A stretch of 64,000 bases of DNA from an uncultured virus (IMG/VR IMGVR_UViG_3300025934_000016) (IMGVR_UViG_3300025934_000016); one strand, 5' to 3'; shown: positions 36,423 through 46,030, numbered from the stretch's first letter. Numbers and translations are program-made. Notes: generated by a model not told the origin, from the letters alone.

Positions 36423-37406
36423 TTACTCCGGGATCTTGCCGCTGTTCGCTATCATGCGATCCAGTACGGACGGTTCGCCGGTCTCGCCGACGCCGGTCCT
36501 CGAGCCTGTCCCCTCACCCACCACTAGCCGGCGGTTCGCCGCTGCCTTTTTCTCCGTGGTGCTACTCTTGGCCGCTTCGATCACGCTGTCGCTATTAAAG
36601 GCGACCCACTGCTTAGCGAGGAAAGCCGGAGCCTTCTCGCCCGTGGTCTGGCCGATCGTTGCGCCGAGCTCCTCGACCAAATACTTGGTAAAGGCGTCGC
36701 GGATCTTTTGGTCTTTTAATCCCGCGTAGAGCTTTGCGTCCTTCTTGGCCAAAGCGTCGAGCTGCTGGTTGTAGGCGTTGGCGATGACCTGGGCCTGAAC
36801 CTTTTCCTTGGTGCCCGATGTCTCGGCAATCAGTTGCTCGAGCTTTGCCTGGTTGGAAAAGATCACATCGAAGGCGTAGCGCAGTTGCCCGACCAGGGTC
36901 TGAACGGCGCGCGGATACGCTTCCGGGAGGTCGCTTTCCAGGAGGTTCCCTTGAACCAAGTCGCTCACGATGGCCGTTGCCGCCTGATCGTAAGCCTTGG
37001 CAATCATCCCGTTGGTGATCTGGGGGACTTGCGGCGCTTCCTCTCGGGGTTGCGCTTGGGCCCTTTCCTTGTCCTGTAAATGCTTTTCCTGGAGGTGCTG
37101 ATACTTGCTGTGCGTGACGGCCAAGTCTTCGAGCAGTCCCGCCTCTTCGAGCTCTTTGGCGGTGTACTCGATGCCCCGGACCAGATAGCGTTTCTCTGCG
37201 GGCTTGGCCGGTGGCTGCGCCGGTTCTTCGCGGTCGGCGGGTAAGCGTGTTTCCCGTGAAACAACTTCGTCGGGCGTTTTCCCTGGCGCCTCTTCGCCGC
37301 GCGATACCTCTTTGGGCTCTGCGGGTTCGGAAGGTTCAGGGGAAGGGACGGCCGGTAACTGGGTATTGGTGAGCGATGCTAGAAGGTCTTTGTCGTTGTC
37401 TGCCAT
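36423..37406 (-). CDS. Capsid scaffolding protein
   Basis: Acidic/Pro-rich N-terminus, helical body, directly upstream of the capsid gene. Confidence 0.7.
   Translation of the reverse strand: MADNDKDLLASLTNTQLPAVPSPEPSEPAEPKEVSRGEEAPGKTPDEVVSRETRLPADREEPAQPPAKPAEKRYLVRGIEYTAKELEEAGLLEDLAVTHSKYQHLQEKHLQDKERAQAQPREEAPQVPQITNGMIAKAYDQAATAIVSDLVQGNLLESDLPEAYPRAVQTLVGQLRYAFDVIFSNQAKLEQLIAETSGTKEKVQAQVIANAYNQQLDALAKKDAKLYAGLKDQKIRDAFTKYLVEELGATIGQTTGEKAPAFLAKQWVAFNSDSVIEAAKSSTTEKKAAANRRLVVGEGTGSRTGVGETGEPSVLDRMIANSGKIPE
37248..37263. promoter_or_regulatory. parS-like palindrome
   Basis: TGTTTCCCGTGAAACA, 15/16 match to TGTTTCACGTGAAACA. Confidence 0.65.
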
Positions 37407-37475
37407 GTGGTTTCGGTTATTCCTTTCTTGTTGGGTCTTGGGCTCCCGGCTCTCCTCCAGGTAGGCCCGTTGCTA

Positions 37476-37519
37476 AACCCCAAGCCTGCCGCCAAAAAAG
37501 GCGGGTCTTGAGAGGGTTT
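37476..37519. promoter_or_regulatory. Stem-loop upstream of scaffold
   Basis: aaaccc-caag-cctgcc / ggcggg-cttg-gggttt interrupted inverted repeat. Confidence 0.5.
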
Positions 37520-37575
37520 AAGGAGAATTTGGTGAAAAGGGTAAACCTAACGGGCGTGTGTGCGATATAGACGTG

Positions 37576-37785
37576 TCACGGATTGTCAGGCTTTTTTATT
37601 TCGTTCCGAAAGGTTGGAGTCGAGTAGCGAATAAAATCCTCAAGCTCATCAAAAAACCAGCGGCGTGAACCGCGAATCAGGTGTCCAGCGGGAAGTGAAC
37701 CTTGCTCCACGAGCCGGTAAACCGTTCTTGGAGTAACTTTCAAGAAATCGGCAACCTGTGAAATGTTTAACAGTCTGCCAATCAA
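37576..37785 (-). CDS. HTH_17 / excisionase-like DNA-binding protein
   Basis: LLNISQVADFLKVTPRTVYRLVEQGSLPA...GSRRW. Confidence 0.85.
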   Translation of the reverse strand: MIGRLLNISQVADFLKVTPRTVYRLVEQGSLPAGHLIRGSRRWFFDELEDFIRYSTPTFRNEIKKPDNP

Positions 37786-38357
37786 CTCGCCGTCCTCTTA
37801 AGTAATTTGAGTTGAGAAAATCGCTGGACATACTTTAGTGCTGCTTCGATAATGGTGGGACTGTCTCTCAGGAAACCTATCCCTTGATTGCACCTGTCAC
37901 AAAGAAGACCCCTCACCTTTTTATCAACGTGATCGTGGTCTACGCATAACACTTTGCCGGCTGGCGGCGGCGTTCCGCAAATGGCGCAGACACCATTCTG
38001 CCTACGCAACAAAATGTCATACCCATCGGGCGTCAAACCGCGCTTTCTTAAATTGCCCCGTCGATAATCCTCGTAGCCCAATTTGGCACGGTAGGTCTGA
38101 CTGTATTTACGACGTTTTTCCGAATTGTCGTTGTAACTCTGACGCATATATTCCCGCCGTTCTCCTACATTTGCCCAATACCACCGTTTGCCGGCCTCGT
38201 TACATTTTCCTGGGTTTGCTTTGTAATATCTGGCTTGAGCCTCACGGTGCTTGTCGAGGTTTGCCTGACGGTATCGCTTTTGTGACTCTTTATGCTTTTC
38301 TGGATTTGCCAGCCGCCACCGTCGTCGGCGCTCACGCGCTTTTTCTAAATCTTCCAC
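37782..38357 (-). CDS. Endonuclease VII-family homing endonuclease
   Basis: QNGVCAIC...VDHDH...VRGLLCDRCNQGIG; AN.xK helical repeats. Confidence 0.9.
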   Translation of the reverse strand: MEDLEKARERRRRWRLANPEKHKESQKRYRQANLDKHREAQARYYKANPGKCNEAGKRWYWANVGERREYMRQSYNDNSEKRRKYSQTYRAKLGYEDYRRGNLRKRGLTPDGYDILLRRQNGVCAICGTPPPAGKVLCVDHDHVDKKVRGLLCDRCNQGIGFLRDSPTIIEAALKYVQRFSQLKLLKRTAS

Positions 38358-38684
38358 TTAACCCCTCGTGGCGTAGTACGCCTCGATCTCGCGCTTTAAC
38401 CCCTCGTACTCAACTATGATATCGGTCGGTTCTTGAATTTCTAATAGAAACGCTCTTAATTTACCGAGGATATAAACGGCCTCGGTGGCGTCCTTCCCCT
38501 GATAGCTCGCGGTGGCCTGCTGGATTTTGATAAGCACCCGGTCGCGGACGTTTTGCCACTCCAGGGACTTCATGAATTCCACGGCGCGCAGATACGGCGC
38601 CTCGAGCTGGCGAAGCCTCACATTTTTGGCTTCGAGCGCTGCCTGCACCCGCTCGTAATCGTTATAGTCAGCCCTTGTCGCCAT
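38358..38684 (-). CDS. Small helical protein downstream of portal
   Basis: 108 aa, TAATG coupling. Confidence 0.7.
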   Translation of the reverse strand: MATRADYNDYERVQAALEAKNVRLRQLEAPYLRAVEFMKSLEWQNVRDRVLIKIQQATASYQGKDATEAVYILGKLRAFLLEIQEPTDIIVEYEGLKREIEAYYATRG

Positions 38685-41600
38685 TAAGCGGCTCCTTTCA
38701 GCGGGATCACGTTCCCCGCCTGTCTCATTTGCGCTACCTGCTCATCTGGCAACACCCTGACCGGCACTTGCGGCGTGCCGGGTGCGCCTGGCGGCATTTG
38801 TCCCGGCATCCCCATCCCGGGCGGTGGCATGAGAGGCTTATAGAACGAGTCGATGTTCCGGATGCCGAGCGGGGTGCGTGCAAACTCTTTGAACAACTCC
38901 TGCACGTCGGGCACTCGTCCCTGTGCGTCGGGCATCTGGAGCAGCATCGGGCTCTTGGAGAGCATCTCGCTAAGCGTTGTCCACGCCTGGATGGAGTCGC
39001 CCGGGTCTGCCGGCATGGGCCCGGAGCGCGGCACATAATCGACGTTTCCGGCGAGATCGTCGGGCGTCACCATCATAAATCCGTTCTGGTAGCGCGGGTC
39101 CCCGGTGCTCGCCATCTCGCGGGCAAACTCCCCGCTCACCCGAAACCACCCCTCCTTGTCGGTGAACTGCTGGCGGTTGGAAATCCAGCGCTGCGCCATC
39201 TTGAAGATCGCCATGGAGTCGATCAACTGGGCGTAAAAGCTCATTCTTGCGCTCGCGCCCATGTTGGCCTGATTGATCTCGCCGAGCGTGCGCTTATCCG
39301 AGGTCACTTGCGCCTGCATCGCATCGGAGGCGCCGGTCATTCTCATGCCCCAATCGAATAGCTGATTCACTTCGCCCAACATCCCGCTTGTCACATCGAC
39401 CTTCTGGAGTTGATGAATCACCGCGTCCATGCTGATCCGCCCTTCCTGAAGGAGCTTCTCGCCAAGAGCGGAGAGCCGGTAATGGCCCGCCGCGGTCGGG
39501 TTGAGAATGTCGAGCTCCTCGACCAGTGTTGGCGAGTAGAGCATCGAGTTATTTAAATGGCGCATCACATTGGCGACATGACTTTGACCGTGAATTCCGA
39601 CTTTGCCGTTACGCCGATAAATTGTCAGGTGGGTGGAATTCTCGATGCAGTAAACCTCGCCCTTGTAGTATTCGCGGCTGAACGACCACGGTTGAAGAGC
39701 AAAGGTTTTGGTGCGCTTGTTTATGCTGACGCAGTAGAGCGTCTTACCATTAGAAAGGGACTGGCCAAGCACGGTCTTGTATCCGAGCGATACTGCAATT
39801 GCTTGAATTCCGTCGGCTAACTCCTTGCTCGCCGAGTAGTACTGTGCATAGTTCTCGGTTTTTTTATGGCCGTCGCCGTCAATGGCCGCATCAAGGAACT
39901 TACCGCGCAGTTCTGGCCCCCAGGTGAACACGCAAGCCGGAACTCTCTTAGTTTGCGCACTGTCGCCACAATGTTCTTTCAGCCACTTAGCCAAGCGCCA
40001 GTTAGAGATCGTCCATGTAGACAGATCCGCCGTTGGTTGTGCGCGAGTAACGTGAAAGGGCATAGACTCCATCACCCCCGCAATTTTCTCCGCCGTTGAT
40101 TCCTTCGATTGACCGATAGTAATTCTGTGCGCCGAGGTAATTCCCTTTGCGCGATCACCGGACTGGTATTCTCTGATGTAACAATTCCCCTCGGAGACGA
40201 AGTACCCCAGGAATGGCGCTAGGGTCGAGTAGGGAATTGATGTGAGAGGAACGGTATGACTGCCACCATTCGCGTAGATCCTAGTCTCTTCTTCCAACAC
40301 AAGTTCGCCATTTTCTATCCCACCATTTTGACTTACCGCTCCCAAGAACTTACAGCGATGATCTATCGCAGCCGCGTCTTTGAAGCGGAATCTGTGGTTC
40401 CCCTCTGTACAAGTGCCAACGTACATTTGATGATTCGGCGTCACGAGCATATCCTGTTGATCTGTTTTCACGCGGACCATCTCACCGTCGAATGGATAAA
40501 CGAAGTGTTGCCGCGGCGCCTCAAACCAAAATTCATGTGTGTTGGGATCAACCGTGGCTACCTTGTCGCCATCGTCCAGGTCTTTTAGGAACTTGAATCC
40601 CGAGCTGGTAAGAATTTCTGTTTGCTCATCCGCGCAGTTGTAGAACCAATTCATAAACCTTTGTAATCCGTCGAGGTTCTCGATTGCCCCCGGATTAAAC
40701 GTGACGTGAGTGTCCACGTTGGACTCCGCACCGCTATACGGTAGCTCCTGGTGCTCGTACTCCGATGGGTGGGCGCGAATGACAATCGATTTATCGATCC
40801 AGGCAAACTGCCAGACCTCCGGGCGCTCTCCGTCGCCGAGCTTCCAGTCCTTCGGGATGAGCTTGATCGACATTACATCCTTGCAGTGAAACCCCTTGTC
40901 CTTGTCGTCCATGGAGCCTGTCATCTGGAGGTGCTTCAGCGAGCGGGCCACGGTGGTATCGCGCCGGCTGATCCCTCCCGCGCCGAGCTTGGAGACGTAC
41001 TCGATATTGAAGTAGGGTCCGCCGTTTTTCTGCGCCCCTTCGAGGAGCTCCAAGTAGGAGCAGAACGCCCGGTGTCCCGCGAACTCGGCCTTCTGGCCGT
41101 TGGAGATAGACACGCGGGGATCCACCCAGGTAAGGCGCGGGTCCACCGCCTCGACGCTATTGTGCTGTTTCAGTAAGTCCCAGGTCCGCTCCACCGGAGG
41201 CACTCCGAGAAAGTCCTGGAACGGGTTGGGCGGGCGCTTGGTGAACTTCCAGCCGTACTTGTCGGTCCAACAATCGTAAAACGTGCCCATGCCGTACTTC
41301 ACGGCGTCCTGGAGGATCGTGTAGAGCTGGACGAGAAAGTTGGTCTCGCGCTGATCGTACCCGATAACCGCCTGCATCACTTTGGCCGAGCGCATGTCCT
41401 CCGGGCCGCTGCCGCTGATCTCCAGGATCGGGTCGCGCTTGGTAAAGATCGCCAGGAGCTGCGTCAGGTAGGTCTGGAGGATCGCGTAGCTCATCGGCAC
41501 CACGATCGCCCGCTCCCAGGGCATTTCCTTCTTGTTCGATCTCGTGCCCTTGTCGGCGGTCCGGACGTTTCGCGCCAGGTCTATGTAAAGCGCACAACTC

Positions 41601-41845
41601 TCATCCACGCGATTCCAGTCGTCCCAGCGCGAAGCGATGTTTTTCTCGGCAAGTCGCTGTCGGGCGTTTAACCGCGAGAGGATCTCGGCATGAAAGCTAC
41701 TCCCGTACTTGAGCCGCGCCTCGATCGGTTGATCAATGACGCGGCCAGCAGATAGCGCGGGGTCCAGAGCGGGGTCGTCTTGTTGAGCGGGGTTGGGAGT
41801 TTGTAGGAGATTCGACAAAACCGTCGAATTCATTAGGTCGGCCAT
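38684..41845 (-). CDS. Portal protein containing an intein
   Basis: DAVKYGMG, TLGEINQ, P/M/Q-rich tail; ~700 aa after intein removal; upstream of scaffold and capsid. Confidence 0.8.
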   Translation of the reverse strand: MADLMNSTVLSNLLQTPNPAQQDDPALDPALSAGRVIDQPIEARLKYGSSFHAEILSRLNARQRLAEKNIASRWDDWNRVDESCALYIDLARNVRTADKGTRSNKKEMPWERAIVVPMSYAILQTYLTQLLAIFTKRDPILEISGSGPEDMRSAKVMQAVIGYDQRETNFLVQLYTILQDAVKYGMGTFYDCWTDKYGWKFTKRPPNPFQDFLGVPPVERTWDLLKQHNSVEAVDPRLTWVDPRVSISNGQKAEFAGHRAFCSYLELLEGAQKNGGPYFNIEYVSKLGAGGISRRDTTVARSLKHLQMTGSMDDKDKGFHCKDVMSIKLIPKDWKLGDGERPEVWQFAWIDKSIVIRAHPSEYEHQELPYSGAESNVDTHVTFNPGAIENLDGLQRFMNWFYNCADEQTEILTSSGFKFLKDLDDGDKVATVDPNTHEFWFEAPRQHFVYPFDGEMVRVKTDQQDMLVTPNHQMYVGTCTEGNHRFRFKDAAAIDHRCKFLGAVSQNGGIENGELVLEEETRIYANGGSHTVPLTSIPYSTLAPFLGYFVSEGNCYIREYQSGDRAKGITSAHRITIGQSKESTAEKIAGVMESMPFHVTRAQPTADLSTWTISNWRLAKWLKEHCGDSAQTKRVPACVFTWGPELRGKFLDAAIDGDGHKKTENYAQYYSASKELADGIQAIAVSLGYKTVLGQSLSNGKTLYCVSINKRTKTFALQPWSFSREYYKGEVYCIENSTHLTIYRRNGKVGIHGQSHVANVMRHLNNSMLYSPTLVEELDILNPTAAGHYRLSALGEKLLQEGRISMDAVIHQLQKVDVTSGMLGEVNQLFDWGMRMTGASDAMQAQVTSDKRTLGEINQANMGASARMSFYAQLIDSMAIFKMAQRWISNRQQFTDKEGWFRVSGEFAREMASTGDPRYQNGFMMVTPDDLAGNVDYVPRSGPMPADPGDSIQAWTTLSEMLSKSPMLLQMPDAQGRVPDVQELFKEFARTPLGIRNIDSFYKPLMPPPGMGMPGQMPPGAPGTPQVPVRVLPDEQVAQMRQAGNVIPLKGAA
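39584..40636 (-). mobile_element. LAGLIDADG intein in portal (351 aa)
   Basis: N|CADEQTEILT, VTPNH, FLGYFVSEG, FLDAAIDGDG, VYCIE, GIHGQ|S. Confidence 0.9.
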
Positions 41846-41926
41846 TTTATATTCGCCTCTTCTTCATCACCTGCCTTTCTGCGGTTTTCCGCTTTTACCT
41901 CTTTACGCTGGCACTTCGTTGTTCAC

Positions 41927-42142
41927 CTAGGGCGGTGGGTCCTCGGGCGGTAGGTTGGTCGGGTTTTGCTTTCGCACCAGTTCCTCGAGCGCCGCCACGC
42001 GAGTGGCAAGATCCCCGATCTGATCGCCAAGCATCATGGGCCAATCGGGCTTATGCTTTTTTGCCGCGACCTTCTTGGTGCCCTTCTTGGGCTTCAAGAA
42101 TGTATTCTCCTTTTTCGCCTTCTTGCTTTTCTTGCTATCCAT
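41927..42142 (-). CDS. Lys-rich small protein
   Basis: AGGAGG RBS. Confidence 0.7.
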   Translation of the reverse strand: MDSKKSKKAKKENTFLKPKKGTKKVAAKKHKPDWPMMLGDQIGDLATRVAALEELVRKQNPTNLPPEDPPP

Positions 42143-42146
42143 GGTT

Positions 42147-42326
42147 TTAACCCTCCTTTTTACTGACTTGTTGATATGCTCGCCCGTAATCGGGGTCCGC
42201 TAGTTCTCTAATTTGATCCATGCGTTCTGCTAAACAGGTTGGACACACGTGACGTCCATCTTGATTAGGATATCTGCCACGAATCCATACCATTTGACCG
42301 CCACAAATATCGCAAGCACTGCTCAT
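42147..42326 (-). CDS. Small Zn-finger protein (59 aa)
   Basis: Manual translation MSSACDICGGQMVWIRGRYPNQDGRHVCPTCLAE... Confidence 0.65.
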   Translation of the reverse strand: MSSACDICGGQMVWIRGRYPNQDGRHVCPTCLAERMDQIRELADPDYGRAYQQVSKKEG

Positions 42327-42523
42327 TGACCGTCCTCGATTATTTTGAGCGCCGTCTCACGGGCCACGCGCGCATGAGCCAAGTTTTTCTTAAACCGTCC
42401 GGGCGCGTCATCGCCCCACTTGGTCTGATCGTCGGTGTCCTGGAAGTAGCGGAGAAAGGCGCCCACAACGGCCTGCTTGAACCCCTCCTCGATTGCTGCC
42501 ACTTCGGTGTCGGCATTTCTCAT
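42323..42523 (-). CDS. Hypothetical protein
   Basis: 66-aa ORF packed between neighbours. Confidence 0.65.
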   Translation of the reverse strand: MRNADTEVAAIEEGFKQAVVGAFLRYFQDTDDQTKWGDDAPGRFKKNLAHARVARETALKIIEDGQ

Positions 42524-42527
42524 TTTC

Positions 42528-43121
42528 TTACTTAGGCGTTGCTCCCATCACCACAAAGTCGCGCTGCGATCCCTCCGCCCCACCGGACACAAGCCTCAGA
42601 AATCGCGCGATAATCGGAATCACCGGCGTGGCTTTGTTGGCGGGGACGGTAATGTCCGCGGCGCCGCTTTGGGCCGGCACAAAGCCGGTCGTTTCCTGGT
42701 CGGAAATCTGCAGTCCCACCGTGCCCGTCAGTGCGGCGGGACCCTTGATCTCGATCTCCCAGCGACGATAGGCCCGCGCGCTTGGCGGCTTTTTGTATGT
42801 GTAAGTCACCGTGTAGAGGCTTCCTACTGCCGGCTCCACGCCTGCCGGCGACCAGTCGACCGTGTTGGTGCCGAGCACGTAGTCGGTTGTGACCGTGTAT
42901 GTCGTTGCGCCCTGCACCACGCTCACAATCGAGACCACCGTCACCGCTTCCTGGCCATTGAGCAGTATTTTGTCGGTGCCGCCCGCCGAGCCTTTGACCA
43001 TTACCTGTGAGGTCTGCGCGGTATCCGGCGCCGATAGACCCATATCCAGCACGTCGGAGATCGTTCCGCCATTAGCTATGCTTAAAGTCGCCTTTCTTCC
43101 CGTCCATCCTACTGTCGCCAT
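42528..43121 (-). CDS. Putative virion beta-sandwich protein
   Basis: Beta-rich; internal DYVL...VDWSPAGVEPAVGSLYTVTYTY. Confidence 0.6.
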   Translation of the reverse strand: MATVGWTGRKATLSIANGGTISDVLDMGLSAPDTAQTSQVMVKGSAGGTDKILLNGQEAVTVVSIVSVVQGATTYTVTTDYVLGTNTVDWSPAGVEPAVGSLYTVTYTYKKPPSARAYRRWEIEIKGPAALTGTVGLQISDQETTGFVPAQSGAADITVPANKATPVIPIIARFLRLVSGGAEGSQRDFVVMGATPK

Positions 43122-43140
43122 TTCTCATGTCCTCCGTGTT

Positions 43141-44043
43141 TCAATTCGCTTCGGCCTGCTTTTCCTTTACTTCCTTGTGCCGTTGAGCATCGAGGGTTTT
43201 CTCGCGCTGGGCGATTTCTCGCTCCAGTTTGGTCTTCTGGGCCTGCAGGTTTGCCGTCTCGCGCGCGAGCACTCGTTTTTCCTCGCTCGCTATCGCCGCA
43301 ATCTCCTTTGCCGCCCGATTGGACTCATTGAGATCGCTTAGGTCCTGTCTCTTCGCTTCCAGTTGGTCCGCAATCGCCTGCAGCTCCTGTTTGGCCCGAT
43401 GGGCTGACTCTTGGGCCTGTTTTCGCTCCGCGTCGTGGCGCTTGGCCTCTTCGAGATTGGCCTGAAGGCGCTTCACCTCGCTATTGAGGGTCAATTTTTG
43501 CGCCTGGAGGTTCCCCACTTCGCGCTCCAACGCCTGTTTATTCGCGTTGATCTGCTCATTTTGGCTGATCGCATTGGCTTCTATCGATGTTGCGGCCCCT
43601 TCGAGTTCTTTCTTGTTGGCCTGAAGGCGCTCGATTGCCTTTTTGAGCTGCTCCACGGTGGCGGTCTTGTCGGTGATGTCGCGTGCGAGCTCTTTTCGCA
43701 CATGGGCGGCGTTTTGGCGCGCCTTATCGAGCTCGGCCTTGACCGTCACGAGTGAAACCTTGGCCCGCTCCGTCCCCTCGTCGATCAAGTTGGATTTTTG
43801 CTCCACCATCATCTCCACTTCGGCCCGAAGCTCGGCAATTTGGGCCCGAAGCGCCACTACCTCGCGCTTGGCGTTGGAGGTATCGCTCAGGGCCTTCTGC
43901 TGCTCGCTTTTTAGCTGCTGGGTCTCATCGTCGATGCCTTTGGCCCGCTCAAACACCGATTCCAGGTAGTCCGCAGCCCTAAACACGTTCTTGAAGGGTG
44001 CGAGGACGTTAATCGCGTCGTTTATGGTCTTTATTTCGCTCAT
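43141..44043 (-). CDS. Long coiled-coil protein
   Basis: Heptad-like, E/K/A/Q-rich. Confidence 0.8.
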   Translation of the reverse strand: MSEIKTINDAINVLAPFKNVFRAADYLESVFERAKGIDDETQQLKSEQQKALSDTSNAKREVVALRAQIAELRAEVEMMVEQKSNLIDEGTERAKVSLVTVKAELDKARQNAAHVRKELARDITDKTATVEQLKKAIERLQANKKELEGAATSIEANAISQNEQINANKQALEREVGNLQAQKLTLNSEVKRLQANLEEAKRHDAERKQAQESAHRAKQELQAIADQLEAKRQDLSDLNESNRAAKEIAAIASEEKRVLARETANLQAQKTKLEREIAQREKTLDAQRHKEVKEKQAEAN

Positions 44044-44165
44044 TTGTTAAAATACCTCCATTTAAGTTCGATAAACGCGCCCACCGCGAAAGCCACTGCG
44101 ATCGCTCCTAGAGCTAAAACGGGAATGAGTAGTGCTATCTCATAGACGAAGCTTTATTATTTCGC

Positions 44166-44666
44166 TCATAGTTCCGCCTTTCTCTTTGTCAGCGTCTCAA
44201 TCTCGGCCTCGAGCATCCGCACATCGCGCTGCAGGTCACTCTTCTGGGCCGTAAGCTCGTCCACTCTCTCCTGTTCGGCCTTTAAGTCCGCCGCCACCTT
44301 GTCGCGTGCCGCCACGGAGGTCTCACTGTAGTGCGCGTTAAGCTCGGCCATATCCGCGTCGAACTTTTTTTGCGCCGCGGCCTTCTTTTGGTCGAGATCG
44401 GCCTCGTAGTCGGCCAAATTTTTCTCTTTGGCATCGAGCTTGGCGACCGTCTGATCGAACGAGGCCTGCTTTTGCGCCAGCTTTTCCTCTGCGTCCTTGT
44501 TCTTGGCGTCGAGTTCGGCGGCTCTTCCCTCAGCGCGCTGTAAGGCGGTGGCCACTTCGTCGGCCCGCTCAAAAACGCGCCAGAGGTTTTTCATCTTGGC
44601 AATTTCGTTTGCCATATCGCTCGTGCTCATGTCGGTCTGGGGTTCTTCCTTCGTTTTGCTCACCAT
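44166..44666 (-). CDS. Coiled-coil protein
   Basis: Heptad-like; GGAGG before MVSK. Confidence 0.8.
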   Translation of the reverse strand: MVSKTKEEPQTDMSTSDMANEIAKMKNLWRVFERADEVATALQRAEGRAAELDAKNKDAEEKLAQKQASFDQTVAKLDAKEKNLADYEADLDQKKAAAQKKFDADMAELNAHYSETSVAARDKVAADLKAEQERVDELTAQKSDLQRDVRMLEAEIETLTKRKAEL

Positions 44667-44703
44667 GTCTTTCCTCCGCTTCACAGCAAATGTTCCTTCC
44701 TTT

Positions 44704-46008
44704 CTATCCGAGGATCACGTCGATCCGGTCCCCGCGCAACGTAATGATCTTTCTGTATCCAGGCGTGATGATAATTATCGCCGGCCCCTCTTGGCCGATA
44801 AGGCCCTGCTCGATCCGCGTAAGGGTTCTCGGTTGCCATTGACTGAGAGCCACCCAGAGCCAATCGGGGGGCATCCCGAACGGCGGGTTGTCGACTACCG
44901 CAGGCGGTTGAATGAGCGCGGCAATAAGATCGCCATTGACTACCGCCCAGTGCGGCTCTTTCCACCAGCGTATATCGGCGATGCGCCCCGGCGGCTGATC
45001 GACCGATTGGCCGGGAATCCCCGCTGAAAGCTGGTGTGGCGGAAAAACGAATGGTGCTGAAGGCAGGTACGAAACAAACGTCGAGCGCAAGTCCAGAGAG
45101 CGGCGTGGCGGTAAATCGACTGATTGTCCCGGTATGCCTGGCGATAACTTTCTTGCCTGTATCACCGGCGCTGTAGCCGGCCATTGATTCAATACCGCCC
45201 AGAACCAGCCCTGATTGAACGGCGTCTTCTCGACAACTGCCGCAACAAATTCCTGAACCAGCCTGTTGTAGCGAATCGGCGTCGGCAGGACGATCTGCCA
45301 CTGGCCGAGCGTGCTCCAGAGCCAGTCGGGCGCCATCCCAAACGGCGGGTTGTCGACGATAGCCCCAGCAAACTCCGGAATGCCTAGCGCTTGCTCGATC
45401 TTTGTAAGCGTTCTCGGTTGCCACTGACCAAGCGCGCCCATGGAGCGCGCGATTCCAAAGGGCGGATTGTCGGCCCCAGCCAGCGCGGCCTGCTGAATGT
45501 ATCTCGCGTATCGTTGAGCGCTGAGTGCTGAGTCCTGAGTGCTGAGATCGAAGCGCCAGCGCGGCGGCAAGCCAAACGGCGGGTTGTCGATCCCCTGAGT
45601 GAACTTGGCGTAGACGATTCGCACCGTCGGCGGCGGTTGCCATGAGATCAGCGCGGCGCGGAGTTCGGCGGCTCGATTGGGCGGATTGTCGACCGACTGC
45701 CCCGGTATCCCAGGCGATAATTCCCGTTGCTGAAAGGTCGGCGCGACTGTCTGCCACGAATTGATAACCGGAAATACCCAACTCTGATCGAACGGCGGAT
45801 TGGCAGCGAGCGCCTCTTGGATCAGCCGCGCACGCTGTTGTTGCGGCCATGGCTCTACTCTCCATGATGCCAGTACCGTTTCCGGTAGTGCGCGCCGAGG
45901 CGGCTGCGCAGTGGGTGGCGCGCTCGAGGGCGGGGTCAACTCCCGCGGCGCGAGAGGTTGAGCCCCACCTATGAACGGCTGCGGCGGTGGTGGTTGGTAA
46001 AGCGCCAA
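44704..46008 (-). CDS. Pro/Trp/Gln-rich repeat protein
   Basis: Repeated DNPPFG, GIPGQSVD, QWQ. Confidence 0.75.
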   Translation of the reverse strand: MALYQPPPPQPFIGGAQPLAPRELTPPSSAPPTAQPPRRALPETVLASWRVEPWPQQQRARLIQEALAANPPFDQSWVFPVINSWQTVAPTFQQRELSPGIPGQSVDNPPNRAAELRAALISWQPPPTVRIVYAKFTQGIDNPPFGLPPRWRFDLSTQDSALSAQRYARYIQQAALAGADNPPFGIARSMGALGQWQPRTLTKIEQALGIPEFAGAIVDNPPFGMAPDWLWSTLGQWQIVLPTPIRYNRLVQEFVAAVVEKTPFNQGWFWAVLNQWPATAPVIQARKLSPGIPGQSVDLPPRRSLDLRSTFVSYLPSAPFVFPPHQLSAGIPGQSVDQPPGRIADIRWWKEPHWAVVNGDLIAALIQPPAVVDNPPFGMPPDWLWVALSQWQPRTLTRIEQGLIGQEGPAIIIITPGYRKIITLRGDRIDVILG

Positions 46009-46030
46009 TCAAATGTTCGCTCCAAATCGT

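Noticed and set aside
37576..37785. Integration/excision module
   Set aside because: No integrase or att core recognisable nearby
44681..46012. 443-aa alternative-frame ORF
   Set aside because: R/A/S-rich shadow; the 44704-46008 frame has coherent repeats
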